Assembly: GCA_964645605.1 (NCBI GenBank)
Contig: CAZYCE010000003.1
Span: 57,135-121,134 of the forward strand
DNA: 64,000 nucleotides
Source: an uncultured Gammaproteobacteria bacterium
Lineage (GTDB): Bacteria; Patescibacteriota; Microgenomatia; UBA8517
Direction of reading: 5' to 3'
The position numbers and the translations under genes are program-made. The notes beneath the pieces were generated by a model, which did no database searches, was not told the DNA's origin, and saw nothing but the letters and a program-made list of their open reading frames with translations. Numbering within the stretch: position 1 is the first letter of the stretch; each line of letters starts with the position of its first letter. Below, piece after piece: positions 9,866 through 19,529 of the stretch.

Positions 9866-10459
9866 ATGATTAAAACTGTTCTTTTTGATTACGCGGGCGT
9901 CATAACTCCCACAAAAAACAATTTTGATTTTGCTCTTAAATACAGCAAGCGTTTCGGCTTAGCTCCGGAGGAGCTGATGAAGCTTACTTATGAAAATTGG
10001 GACGAAGCCGCCACAGGGGGCTTGGAAAGCAGTGTTTTTTGGAGGCAGATTGCCGGAAAACTTAAAATTAAACCCGATGAGCTGATCGGCCTTCTTATAG
10101 AAACATTTCCTATTGATGAAAGAGTGGTAGATATAATCAGGAAAACAAAGGAAAATCACGCGACCGTTCTTTTTTCCAATCAGGAGAAAGCTTGGCTAGA
10201 AAAAGTAATTGACGACAATGATTTGAGAGGGATATTTACTTATTTTGTGAACTCGTATAATGTCGGGGCCAGAAAACCGGATCCGGAAATTTTTCTTGAA
10301 GCTTTAAAAATATCGGGCTCTCTTCCCGAAGAAACTCTTTTAGTGGATGATTCTTTAGAGAATGTCGAGGCGGCCAAAAAATTGGGGATTAATGCAATTC
10401 AATTTGAGAATTTTAACCAGTTTCTTGAGGAGTATAAAAAATACATAAATATTGATTAG
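9866..10459 (+). CDS. HAD-superfamily phosphatase
   Basis: FDYAGV motif I; RKPDPEIF; VDD motif. Confidence 0.88.
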   Translation: MIKTVLFDYAGVITPTKNNFDFALKYSKRFGLAPEELMKLTYENWDEAATGGLESSVFWRQIAGKLKIKPDELIGLLIETFPIDERVVDIIRKTKENHATVLFSNQEKAWLEKVIDDNDLRGIFTYFVNSYNVGARKPDPEIFLEALKISGSLPEETLLVDDSLENVEAAKKLGINAIQFENFNQFLEEYKKYINID

Positions 10460-10500
10460 TAAGAATCTTCCCCAAGTGAGTTTTTTCAAGGGGTATTTTG

Positions 10501-10515
10501 CAAGGTACCGCCTTG
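10501..10515. repeat. REP-like palindrome CAAGGT-N3-(A/G)CCTTG; related copies at ~10945-10959, ~34519-34538 and ~34581-34594
   Basis: caaggtaccgccttg, caaggtgccaccttg, caaggtattttttaccttg, aaggtggcaccttg. Confidence 0.5.
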
Positions 10516-10539
10516 TAAATACTTATTTATTCCTTCCTG

Positions 10540-10920
10540 CTATTTCTGCTTCCAAATGAAACCAAGCGTGGCGATCAAAGATTTGATAGAAATATAGAAT
10601 ACCTGAATCAGATAAATAACCAAAAATATAGGTAAAAATATGAAATATGGAATAAAAAGACAAGCACAGATGATTGCCGTATACATTATTCCGTCAGGCT
10701 TTTTATTAAGAAACATAAACACCACCGTCGTCACGGCGACTACAGCTAATAAATAACGGACAGAAAATCCCAAAAAATTGAACCGTGCAGTGTTATTCTT
10801 CAGACGCCTTCCAATCCTTCCATAATTATCCTTATACGCCCTCACAAATGAAGCAATAAGATCTATTTCGTCAAAAATCTCCCACTCGAGATCGATCTTC
10901 ATTAATCTTGATTTTACCAC
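10540..10920 (-). CDS. Hypothetical membrane protein
   Basis: Hydrophobic C-terminal half; flanked by REP-like palindromes. Confidence 0.5.
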   Translation of the reverse strand: MVKSRLMKIDLEWEIFDEIDLIASFVRAYKDNYGRIGRRLKNNTARFNFLGFSVRYLLAVVAVTTVVFMFLNKKPDGIMYTAIICACLFIPYFIFLPIFLVIYLIQVFYISIKSLIATLGFIWKQK

Positions 10921-10978
10921 CTACGGTTACTTAGTTCCCAATTTCAAGGTGCCACCTTGCAAAACCCTGCAAATGAAA

Positions 10979-11359
10979 TTACTCAACAGGCTCGATAAAA
11001 ATCGGGGGGATATGGTGCTCGGAACGGATGGTATTACAATCCGTAGAACCAATGGAAAAATGTCTTGCGGCATATTCCCTTTCCTCATGTCTTGAGCAAT
11101 CCCCATCGGGGAGTCTGTTGGGACACGGGCCGTTTAAAGAAACAACATAGAAATCTCCGCCTTCCAAACCTTCTCTTGAGTACTCCGTGTAAAACACGCC
11201 GGGAATTTTGGAATATTTGATGTCCGCAAGCTCCTTTATAGAATCGACATGCTTGGCTTTCGGAAAGAGTCTTGTTCTTTCGCACCCTGTGACCTCAATA
11301 TCAATATTTTCGCAGCAATAGCCGTAGCATCCGGAATCCGTGCATCTGTTTCTTTCCAT
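10979..11359 (-). CDS. Cys-cluster protein (YkgJ/Zn-Fe-chelating-like); start reassigned to MERNRC
   Basis: CTDSGCYGYCC ... GPCPNRLPDGDC pattern; the longer ORF would overlap the NUDIX gene. Confidence 0.6.
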   Translation of the reverse strand: MERNRCTDSGCYGYCCENIDIEVTGCERTRLFPKAKHVDSIKELADIKYSKIPGVFYTEYSREGLEGGDFYVVSLNGPCPNRLPDGDCSRHEEREYAARHFSIGSTDCNTIRSEHHIPPIFIEPVE

Positions 11360-11445
11360 AGAGAAAGTATTATACCCCGCAAGGTTCACACTTAAAAGAT
11401 TATTGTGATACAAAAAATTAGCTGAAGTACTATATAATAAGATCC

Positions 11446-11865
11446 ATGAAGCAAGTTGTACAAAAAGTAATTGCCGGGGTGGCAATAGTAGATAACGGCA
11501 AAATTTTAATTGTCCAAAGATCGGCGGAAGAAGATATCTTTCCAAATCTTTGGGAATTTCCAAGCGGGAAAAAAGAACCGATGGAAAAAGTTGAGGAAGC
11601 TGCGAAGCGCGAAGCCAAGGAAGAAACGGGGCTTGAAGTTAAAATCGGAAAGCCGGTTTACGTTTTTAATTTCGGATGGGAAAAAGAGGGTGAAATAAGA
11701 GATGCCACGGAAATAGTTTTTCTGGGAAAGGTTGATGGTAAACCCGAAGTTAAGATAAGTCGCGAGCATCAAAATTTTGCTTGGGTAGACGCAGACGAAA
11801 TTGAAAATTACGATGCTTTAAAAGAAACCAAAGAAGCGGCGAGGGAAGCCCTATTCGATGCTTAG
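11446..11865 (+). CDS. NUDIX hydrolase
   Basis: Nudix box GKKEPMEKVEEAAKREAKEETGL. Confidence 0.9.
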   Translation: MKQVVQKVIAGVAIVDNGKILIVQRSAEEDIFPNLWEFPSGKKEPMEKVEEAAKREAKEETGLEVKIGKPVYVFNFGWEKEGEIRDATEIVFLGKVDGKPEVKISREHQNFAWVDADEIENYDALKETKEAAREALFDA

Positions 11866-12309
11866 TATTTCCCCTTCAAATTCTTGTTCGCCGGAAGTAT
11901 AGGAAAAACTTTCTCCAATTTTCTTTCCGTTCAATGACTTTCCAAGGGGAGAGTCAATTGAAATTAAATTAAACCCGTTTATAAAAACGGGATTCTCCAC
12001 AAAATACAGTTCTTTTTCGCTGCCGTTTGTGTATTTGACTAAGACATAAGAGACGGTCCTAATTTTCTCCGGCACTTCCGTGTCTAAAGATTTTTGAAGC
12101 TCGTCGAACAACTTTTTAACTACCGAGTACTTCTGCATACTCAAATTCGCCGTATTTTTGGCATGTTCCACGTCTCCGGCCAGTGAATATGAAGCAACCA
12201 GCCCTGCACTTAATTCGTTTGCGTCGCTTTTGGATTTATGGGCGGTTTGCCCGGCAGCTTCTTCCAGTCTCTTTACTTCTTCAAAAAGTATTCCAATTTT
12301 TTGTCTCAT
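11851..12309 (-). CDS. GreA/GreB-like elongation factor paralog
   Basis: C-terminal ISIDSPLGKSLNGKKIGE; N-terminal coiled coil. Confidence 0.7.
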   Translation of the reverse strand: MRQKIGILFEEVKRLEEAAGQTAHKSKSDANELSAGLVASYSLAGDVEHAKNTANLSMQKYSVVKKLFDELQKSLDTEVPEKIRTVSYVLVKYTNGSEKELYFVENPVFINGFNLISIDSPLGKSLNGKKIGESFSYTSGEQEFEGEILSIE

Positions 12310-12310
12310 G

Positions 12311-12859
12311 TCAGGAGAGTTTTTTATACATCAAAACGGAGTCTTCAAATTGTCCGTTTCTATAAATTCCTTCGGGGAGCATTCCGTATTCAACAAATCC
12401 CATTTTCTTATATAAATCTTTGGCAATACTATTTGTGGAAAAAACATCCAATGTGACAATTCTAATATCCGGAATTTTTCCTTTCGCTTCTTTTAGAACC
12501 AAATCCATTAACAATTTTCCCATTCCCTCGCCTCTGAAACCTTTTCTAATGGTAATTCCAAAAATTCCAATATGCTTTTCAACTTTATCCATCATGTGTA
12601 TCTCGCTTTCACCCACTAATTCATTGTTACAAAATGCCAAAAGCTGGACCGATTTAGCCTCTTTTATTGTCTTCAATTTATCTTTCAAATATTTCGTCTC
12701 GCTTTCCAAAGTTTCCTTTTCACCTTGGGAAGAAATAAAGGTCCTTTCTTCCGAAGCCTCATTTATAAATTGGAGCATTTTTTCCACGTCACCAATTTCC
12801 GGATAACGGACAATAATATCTCTTCCTTTTTTAGTCTTTCCCCGAAAAACAATGCTCAT
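12311..12859 (-). CDS. GNAT N-acetyltransferase
   Basis: FRGEGMGKLLM acetyl-CoA motif; LYKKMGF. Confidence 0.88.
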   Translation of the reverse strand: MSIVFRGKTKKGRDIIVRYPEIGDVEKMLQFINEASEERTFISSQGEKETLESETKYLKDKLKTIKEAKSVQLLAFCNNELVGESEIHMMDKVEKHIGIFGITIRKGFRGEGMGKLLMDLVLKEAKGKIPDIRIVTLDVFSTNSIAKDLYKKMGFVEYGMLPEGIYRNGQFEDSVLMYKKLS

Positions 12860-13422
12860 GTATTAATTATTTTTTTAAATTCATTTAATGTTTCAATTTT
12901 ATCACTTTCCTTATTCCACCAAATTGTTTCCATTCCGAGCTTTTCGGCAACTTCAACGTTTTCTAAAGTATCATCCATAAAAAGACAATCTTCCGGTTTA
13001 ACCTTTAGTCTGTCACATGTAATCAAAAATATTTCCGGATCCGGTTTTCTAACACCTTCTATTGCCGAGTTGACAAAAAGATCGAACTCCTTAAAACCAA
13101 ATTTATTGTACCAATATTCCCTGGCTATAGCATTACCGTTATTGATAACTGCCAGTTTGTACTTCTTTTTAAGTTCGGGTAAAAGTTTCCACAAATATTC
13201 AAACCGCTCAAATCTTTCGGGCATGATTTTTGCAGCCCTTTCGATTTCATCATCGTTCAACTTGAGCTCCCTTTTAACATCTTTGATAAGTTTTGCATCA
13301 TCGACATGATTAAAAAGTTTTTCTATATTTTCCGTGTTTATCTCGTCGATTGTTTTGGGAACATAATCCTTCTTTTTAAAAACTAACACTCCGACCATGT
13401 CGAAAAGAATTGCCTTGATCAT
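12856..13422 (-). CDS. HAD-superfamily hydrolase
   Basis: FDMVGVL, RKPDPEIF, FMDD. Confidence 0.88.
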   Translation of the reverse strand: MIKAILFDMVGVLVFKKKDYVPKTIDEINTENIEKLFNHVDDAKLIKDVKRELKLNDDEIERAAKIMPERFERFEYLWKLLPELKKKYKLAVINNGNAIAREYWYNKFGFKEFDLFVNSAIEGVRKPDPEIFLITCDRLKVKPEDCLFMDDTLENVEVAEKLGMETIWWNKESDKIETLNEFKKIINT

Positions 13423-13485
13423 GGGTCAATTTTACCACTTTTAATGGGGAATACTTTGCCCGTCATTTTTGATAGAATTGTTGGA

Positions 13486-13953
13486 ATGGAAATAAAAATT
13501 ACTTTAGTTAATTTCAAAGATAAAGAAGTATTGAGAGCTCTGATCAATGATTATCAAAAGGGGATTCTAAAATCGGAAAAACCGGAAGAGTACAAATATC
13601 TGGGCAGTTATTGGCAAAAACCTGACAGATATGCTTATTTTATTGAAGTTGACGGAAAGATTGCAGGATTTGTTTTGGTTAATAACTATAATTTGGTTGA
13701 AATGGATGCCAAAAATATTTCCGAATTTTATATTAAGCCGGAGTTTAGGAAAAAAGGTGTTGGCAAGATGTCCTCAAAAAAAGTTTTTGATCTTTTTCCG
13801 GGTAAGTGGGAAGTCAGAGAACTTGAATCAAACCCCACGGCTCAAAAATTTTGGAGAAATGTCATAGCGGAATATACGGATAATAATTATAAAGAGGTTA
13901 TTTTGGATAATGAAAAATGGCACGGTCCGGTCCAGACTTTTAATTTATTATAA
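13486..13953 (+). CDS. GNAT acetyltransferase (start reassigned to MEIK)
   Basis: EFYIKPEFRKKGVGK; NxxAQKFW. Confidence 0.85.
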   Translation: MEIKITLVNFKDKEVLRALINDYQKGILKSEKPEEYKYLGSYWQKPDRYAYFIEVDGKIAGFVLVNNYNLVEMDAKNISEFYIKPEFRKKGVGKMSSKKVFDLFPGKWEVRELESNPTAQKFWRNVIAEYTDNNYKEVILDNEKWHGPVQTFNLL

Positions 13954-14451
13954 AACCCTAATACTTTTTTCAATTAATTTTCCTTCTTTATCGTGGTCAA
14001 AGAATCCGAAGATAAAAGCATCGGGGTGTTTGGAAAGAATCTTAATATACTCTTTGATGTCTGTCGGCGTAGGTAGGGGGTCGATATCTTTCGGGTCAAT
14101 CCAGTGAAAAGTCCCGTCTTTCGTGGGTTTTACGTTAATTTGTTTTGCAATATTTACGATAAAATAAACATTTACCCATTCTGAATCTGACGGGGGGTAC
14201 GGATGTTGTGTTATCGAGTAAGGTCTAATCGACCCAAACTCTGTTATTCCGCTTTCTTCCTCAATTTCGCGGATGAGGGCGTCATAAAAACTCTCGTGAG
14301 GTTCTACTTTTCCGCCAATTCCGGAATAAAGTCCCGGGTCAACTTTCTTATCGTCGGCTCTTTTGAGCAATAAAACCTTGCCGTCGCACCAAATTAAAGC
14401 ATTGACCGAAAGAACTGTTTTGTAGTCAGTGTATTTTTTAAAGTCATTCAT
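13948..14451 (-). CDS. NUDIX hydrolase (8-oxo-dGTPase-like)
   Basis: GGKVEPHESFYDALIREIEEESGI. Confidence 0.88.
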   Translation of the reverse strand: MNDFKKYTDYKTVLSVNALIWCDGKVLLLKRADDKKVDPGLYSGIGGKVEPHESFYDALIREIEEESGITEFGSIRPYSITQHPYPPSDSEWVNVYFIVNIAKQINVKPTKDGTFHWIDPKDIDPLPTPTDIKEYIKILSKHPDAFIFGFFDHDKEGKLIEKSIRVL

Positions 14452-14508
14452 ATTGTTTGCTGTCCATCCGCAATGGTTATTTTAGCACCGGCGGGTTAAA
14501 ATCAAAAC

Positions 14509-14853
14509 ATGAATATCAAGGCCTATCTGGGTCAGAAAGTTGATGTAGTGGTAGACCGGCCGCTCGGTTCCAAACATCCCGAACACGGTTTTACATATGA
14601 AGTTAATTACGGATATGTTCCGAAAACTCTTGCTCCCGATGGAGAAGAGATCGATGCATACGTATTGGGTTTGGGCAAACCTGTCGACAAAATTTCGGGA
14701 GTTTGTATGGCCATAATCCATCGGATCAACGATAAAGATGATAAATTGGTTGTGGCTCCGAATGGTGAAAACTTTTCGGATGCAGAAATAGAAAAATTAA
14801 TAGAGTTTCAAGAGAAATGGTTTAAACACATTATCCTTAGAGCGAAGATTTAG
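14509..14853 (+). CDS. Short inorganic pyrophosphatase-family protein
   Basis: VNYGYVP..LAPDGEEIDAYVL; DDKLV. Confidence 0.8.
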   Translation: MNIKAYLGQKVDVVVDRPLGSKHPEHGFTYEVNYGYVPKTLAPDGEEIDAYVLGLGKPVDKISGVCMAIIHRINDKDDKLVVAPNGENFSDAEIEKLIEFQEKWFKHIILRAKI

Positions 14854-15185
14854 GTAGTTCCAATTCTTCTTTGTAAACTTCCTGCGCCGGATTAAATTCC
14901 CATGGGGAATGTTTAATATCTTAACTTGTAGTCCCTTTTCTTTTGCTGCATTTACAACCCTGTCTCTGAGTTCTTGGGAAAAATATCAAAACTTCCGGAT
15001 AGTCTGACCCTTTCAGGAAAGATTACTTGTTTCCGTCTTACCGGAAAAAGGATTCGAAACAGATTTGCTGCCGCCGGACGGTTTGCACTGAAGCTTTAGC
15101 GTCCGGAACCTTTCTTATGGTTTTATTGTATAATTTTTTAAGATGCCCATGAGTCACAGAGTGCATCGGTGGCAGTAGAGACATC

Positions 15186-17627
15186 ATGTTTACTAATGAA
15201 ACCGGACTTTTAAGCGAAGAGGTGGAGAAAAGGCAATTGCAATATGGCCAAAATATTCTGCCTGAAAAACCGCCCCCCAGCAAACTTTCGCTCTTCGTTC
15301 AACAACTGAAAAATCCGTTTGTGTACGTTCTGCTGTCGGCGGCTATTATCACACTCGTAATCGGTCAAATTACTGATTCTTTAATCATTTTTCTTGCCGT
15401 AATTATCAACACTGTCTTGGGTTTTATTCAGGAAAGTCGGGCAAGTAACGCGCTCTACGCACTTAAACATTATGTTACAAGTAAGGCGAATGTTATCCGG
15501 AACGGAAAAAGAATGTCTATTGATACGGCCGATATTGTTCCGGGGGATACGGTAATTCTGGATCAGGGTACCAAAATACCTGCTGACGGAAAACTTACTT
15601 TCGCCAACCGCTTATATATTGATGAAGCAGTGCTCACGGGAGAAAGTCTACCGGTCAATAAAAATAAAGGCGACACGGTTTATATGGGTACGGTGGTATC
15701 TTCAGGACAAGCGGTTTTAAAGGTTGAAATGATTGGGGCGGCAACCAAGATTGGGGCAATTGCGCTTCAAATTCAAGAAAACGAAGAAGACACCCCGCTT
15801 CAAAAGCAGCTTAAGGCATTTAGTAAACAACTGGTAATAGTGATTGGTATACTGACAGCGTTCGTTTTTATCCTAGGAATTTTACACAAGTTTAGCCTAA
15901 TAGAAATATTCATTACTTCGGTTGCCCTGGCAGTATCGAGCATTCCGGAAGGACTTCTTGTCTCGTTCACGGTAGTTTTGGCCATTGGAATGCAGAAGAT
16001 AATAAAACACAGGGGTTTGGTTAGAAAACTTTCGGCAGCCGAAACACTCGGAGGAGTTACTGTTATTTGTGTTGATAAAACCGGCACTCTAACGCAGGGA
16101 AAAATGGAAGTAGTTGATTATCTGGGTGACAAAAAACAACTTGCCGAGCAGGTACTATTGGCAAACGATTTGGACGATCCAATCGTGGTTTCTGCATTCG
16201 AGTGGGGCAGAACGGTTATAGGTAATTTTATTTCAAAACATCAGCGGATTGACAGCATCCCCTTCTCTTCAAAAGAACGGTTTTTTGTCAGTCTTCACAA
16301 ATGGTCTGACGATAAAAATACGCTTTTTGTAAATGGAGCCCCGGAGATTTTACTGGAATGGACAACGGCATCGGAAGAGGAAAAGGGTGAGATTATCAAA
16401 AATATTGACGAATTAACAAAACATGGCAAGAGGTTGATAGGGTTTGCAAGAAAAGAAGTATCGCCGGATAAAAAGGAATTGGATACCGAGGATGCCAAAG
16501 GTGGGCTTACCTGGATCGGAATATTGGCCTTTAATGATCCTGTACGGGATGGAGTCAAGGAAGCTCTGGGTTTAACCCGTGACGCCGGAATAAAAACAAT
16601 AGTGATTACAGGAGACTATCCGAAAACTTCAGAATTTGTCCTGTCTGAGTTGGGGATTCCTGTAAAAAAAGATGAAATATTGCTTGGAAGTGAGCTGGAA
16701 AAGTTAACCCTGGAAGAATTATCCCGGAAGGTAAAGTTTATCAAACTTTTTGCCAGGACTTCTCCCGATCAAAAGTTAAAAATAGTAGAGGCTTTGAAAA
16801 AAAACGGTGAAATAGTGGCTATGATGGGCGATGGAGTTAATGATGCTCCCGCGCTTCATAGATCTGACATTGGCGTCGTGGTCGGTGATGCCACGGATGT
16901 TGCTAAAGAATCGGCAGATCTGGTTCTCTTGGACTCTAATTTTGCGACAATAATCGGAGCAATAGAAGAGGGAAGAGTAATGTTTGAAAATATCAGAAAA
17001 ATTATTCTTTATCTTTTGAGTGATGCATTTGCCGAAATAATTGTGGTTACGGGAAGTATCGCCATCGGTTTGCCCTTGCCTATTACTGCCGTTCAGATAT
17101 TGTGGATAAATCTAGTTTCCGACGGTTTTCCGAATCTTGCCTTGACCGTAGATCCCAAAAGAGTTGATATTATGAAGGAAAAGCCCCGCCCGCCCCAAGA
17201 ACAATTGGTAAATAGATGGATGATTACTCTAATAGGCCTTGTGAGTCTAATCGCGGGTCTCATTACTTTTTCTTCCTTTATGATTGTTTACAAAATGACA
17301 AACGATATCACTATGGCCCGTTCTATGGCCTTTATCACGCTTGGGCTCGATTCACTCGCCTATGTTTTCTCGGTTAGGGCTCTTATGACTCCTTTTTGGA
17401 AGAATCACCTTTTTGAAAATAAATGGCTGGTAATTGCTGTTCTTACCGGATTTACTTTTCAAGTGGTACCGTTCTTAACGCCTTCTTTAAGACAATTTTT
17501 CGGACTAAGTAATCTTAGCTTGGTTTATTGGATAATAGCGATTTGCTTGTCCGTCTTTATGTTTTTTGTGATCGAAATATTTAAGGCTGGTTACAAATTA
17601 AATGAGGTAAAAAAGTGGTTAAAATAG
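15186..17627 (+). CDS. P-type II cation (Ca2+-like) transporting ATPase
   Basis: LTGES, IPEGL, DKTGTLT, TGD and GDGVNDAPAL motifs. Confidence 0.95.
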   Translation: MFTNETGLLSEEVEKRQLQYGQNILPEKPPPSKLSLFVQQLKNPFVYVLLSAAIITLVIGQITDSLIIFLAVIINTVLGFIQESRASNALYALKHYVTSKANVIRNGKRMSIDTADIVPGDTVILDQGTKIPADGKLTFANRLYIDEAVLTGESLPVNKNKGDTVYMGTVVSSGQAVLKVEMIGAATKIGAIALQIQENEEDTPLQKQLKAFSKQLVIVIGILTAFVFILGILHKFSLIEIFITSVALAVSSIPEGLLVSFTVVLAIGMQKIIKHRGLVRKLSAAETLGGVTVICVDKTGTLTQGKMEVVDYLGDKKQLAEQVLLANDLDDPIVVSAFEWGRTVIGNFISKHQRIDSIPFSSKERFFVSLHKWSDDKNTLFVNGAPEILLEWTTASEEEKGEIIKNIDELTKHGKRLIGFARKEVSPDKKELDTEDAKGGLTWIGILAFNDPVRDGVKEALGLTRDAGIKTIVITGDYPKTSEFVLSELGIPVKKDEILLGSELEKLTLEELSRKVKFIKLFARTSPDQKLKIVEALKKNGEIVAMMGDGVNDAPALHRSDIGVVVGDATDVAKESADLVLLDSNFATIIGAIEEGRVMFENIRKIILYLLSDAFAEIIVVTGSIAIGLPLPITAVQILWINLVSDGFPNLALTVDPKRVDIMKEKPRPPQEQLVNRWMITLIGLVSLIAGLITFSSFMIVYKMTNDITMARSMAFITLGLDSLAYVFSVRALMTPFWKNHLFENKWLVIAVLTGFTFQVVPFLTPSLRQFFGLSNLSLVYWIIAICLSVFMFFVIEIFKAGYKLNEVKKWLK

Positions 17628-17711
17628 TATGGAAGTTGTACGTCGGCTTCGAAGAGCTTAATTTGACCGGTATAGACTGATTGTTTTTGATGGAAAACGA
17701 TTATTCAATGA

Positions 17712-17836
17712 CCGGTACATGGGGGTGCAATGCTTGGCTAAGCATTGGGTTTTCGAACCTCTCGAACCCATAACTGCCATTCCAAGTGCGCCGCTTTTTA
17801 AGGTTAAGTGAGTCATTTGGGGCACCATAAAGAGGG
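17712..17836 (+). repeat. Degenerate copy of the dispersed intergenic repeat family
   Basis: ttggctaagca...acccataactg...tccaagtg...aaggttaagtgagtca...caccataaagaggg aligns by eye with 47192-47294. Confidence 0.6.
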
Positions 17837-17904
17837 ACATATTTACAATATAATATCTATGATATTGATTTTTCCTATAGTATAATGTACAATCACGCCA
17901 ATTT

Positions 17905-19014
17905 ATGAATACTGAAAGATTGACTGGTTTGAGGATAAACCCAATCTTGAAAGACTTGGGTGAGGCCTCTTTTCTCTCAGAAAAATATGGTATTCCCCGA
18001 CAGGACATAATATTGACATCCCTCAACCTGTCTGGAGTTTCTTCTGATATTTCAGAATCTCGTGTACGTTTTCATTTTACACCGGAAGGGACGAAAAAAG
18101 ATTTCTACCTTGCTCTTTGTGTTAATACCACCCCCGGTACATTCGAACTCAAGAACCAAGCAATTTTTCTGTCGGGAGAAAAAATAGGCGATACTTCTTC
18201 CATAGAGAATGATACATGTAATGACAATTATTTTAGAAGGAATGGCACTGAATTGACCCTGAATACAAACTCAAGAAGTTTGTGTAAAGGATGCGCAATC
18301 TGTGGAACTTATTCTCTGGAAGCTGATGATAAAGAACGGCTTCTTAGAAAAACATTGCTTTCACAGAGAGTCAAGGAAATCATGAATCAGCAGCAACAGA
18401 ATGATTGCTCAAGCCTTTGCCGTGTAACTCTTTGTACTGGATGCTTTGGGAATGAAAAGGCTACTGTGGATCATATTTTGGATTTGAACGATGTATTAAA
18501 AGATCTTAACTTTCATGGAACCCTACGCTACATAGGCTCCGAAATTACAACAGAAGAAGCTCTTGACGAAATCGCCGGCAAAGTTGATCGTTTTGCTCTA
18601 TCCTTCTCCGTTGAAACCTTTACCAGAAGGGCGGAACTGCTACGCAATATAAAATCAAGATTTTCATTTGAAGACATTAAAAGTGCTCTTGAAAGATCTG
18701 CTGAAAGGGGAATTGAAACCAATATTCTATACGTTTTGGGTCTTGATCCGCTACGCGCTTTTGAGGAAGGCTTTAAAGAACTCCAGCCACTGATGAATCA
18801 TTTCCCTGTTGTTAATTTGTTTCAGATATATAGTCCTGAGCAAGCATTACTTAGAACAAGCGAGGCGAATGGAATTGAATATTATTTAACTGCCAGGAAG
18901 ATCCTAGAGGAGATGTACGCTGGTTCAGACTTAAGACCGGAATCATGGGAAAACTACCGTCCGTTGTGGTATTTATCTTTTGGAAGGGATGGCAAAAATG
19001 ACATCAGAATTTGA
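17905..19014 (+). CDS. Radical SAM-like Fe-S protein with an atypical CxxCxxC motif
   Basis: LCKGCAIC cluster, LCTGCF, and SVET..R..L..K plus YVLGLD segments typical of rSAM TIM barrels. Confidence 0.7.
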   Translation: MNTERLTGLRINPILKDLGEASFLSEKYGIPRQDIILTSLNLSGVSSDISESRVRFHFTPEGTKKDFYLALCVNTTPGTFELKNQAIFLSGEKIGDTSSIENDTCNDNYFRRNGTELTLNTNSRSLCKGCAICGTYSLEADDKERLLRKTLLSQRVKEIMNQQQQNDCSSLCRVTLCTGCFGNEKATVDHILDLNDVLKDLNFHGTLRYIGSEITTEEALDEIAGKVDRFALSFSVETFTRRAELLRNIKSRFSFEDIKSALERSAERGIETNILYVLGLDPLRAFEEGFKELQPLMNHFPVVNLFQIYSPEQALLRTSEANGIEYYLTARKILEEMYAGSDLRPESWENYRPLWYLSFGRDGKNDIRI

Positions 19015-19528
19015 CAGGCCGATAAAAGAGGAAAGTAGAAAAGAGGCAGAGAGAAAATATGTAGAATTACTTATAAATCAGGGGGTCGATTTTGCGACAG
19101 GAGTACCCTGTGGAGTGCAGAAATATGTGATTGAATCACTTTCCTCAAGGCAAGAGGTTGCTCATATTCCGGCAACTCGAGAGTCCGAAGCTATAGGAAT
19201 AGCAGCTGGTGCATACCTTGCAGGCAAGAAACCACTTGTTTATATGCAAAATTCAGGGTTGCTTGAGTGTGTAAATGATATCTCATCATTATTATTGAGC
19301 TATAAAATTCCTGTATTATTATCTGTTTCATGGCGTGGTGCTCCGGGTGAAGATGCACCTCAACATTTTCTTAACGGTACCGCAACACCATTAATTTTGA
19401 AGGATTTGGGAATTTCCCACTTTATTATTAAGAATGATGAACAGGACTCGATTGTTAAAAAAGCCTATGAAGAAATGAAATCTACTCAAAAACCTGTGGC
19501 AATTTTGATTAGAAGGGAGGAATTCTAA
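18998..19528 (+). CDS. Phosphonopyruvate/sulfopyruvate decarboxylase alpha subunit (ComD-like)
   Basis: GVPC, ESEAIGIAAGAYLAG, YMQNSGL, SWRGAPGEDAPQH. Confidence 0.85.
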   Translation: MTSEFDRPIKEESRKEAERKYVELLINQGVDFATGVPCGVQKYVIESLSSRQEVAHIPATRESEAIGIAAGAYLAGKKPLVYMQNSGLLECVNDISSLLLSYKIPVLLSVSWRGAPGEDAPQHFLNGTATPLILKDLGISHFIIKNDEQDSIVKKAYEEMKSTQKPVAILIRREEF

Positions 19529-19529
19529 T

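Noticed and set aside
15038-15185. yybP-ykoY (Mn2+) riboswitch upstream of the P-type ATPase
   Set aside because: The conserved GGGGAGUAG and CGUCAAUAC-like elements are absent; kept only as a weak novel-leader candidate.
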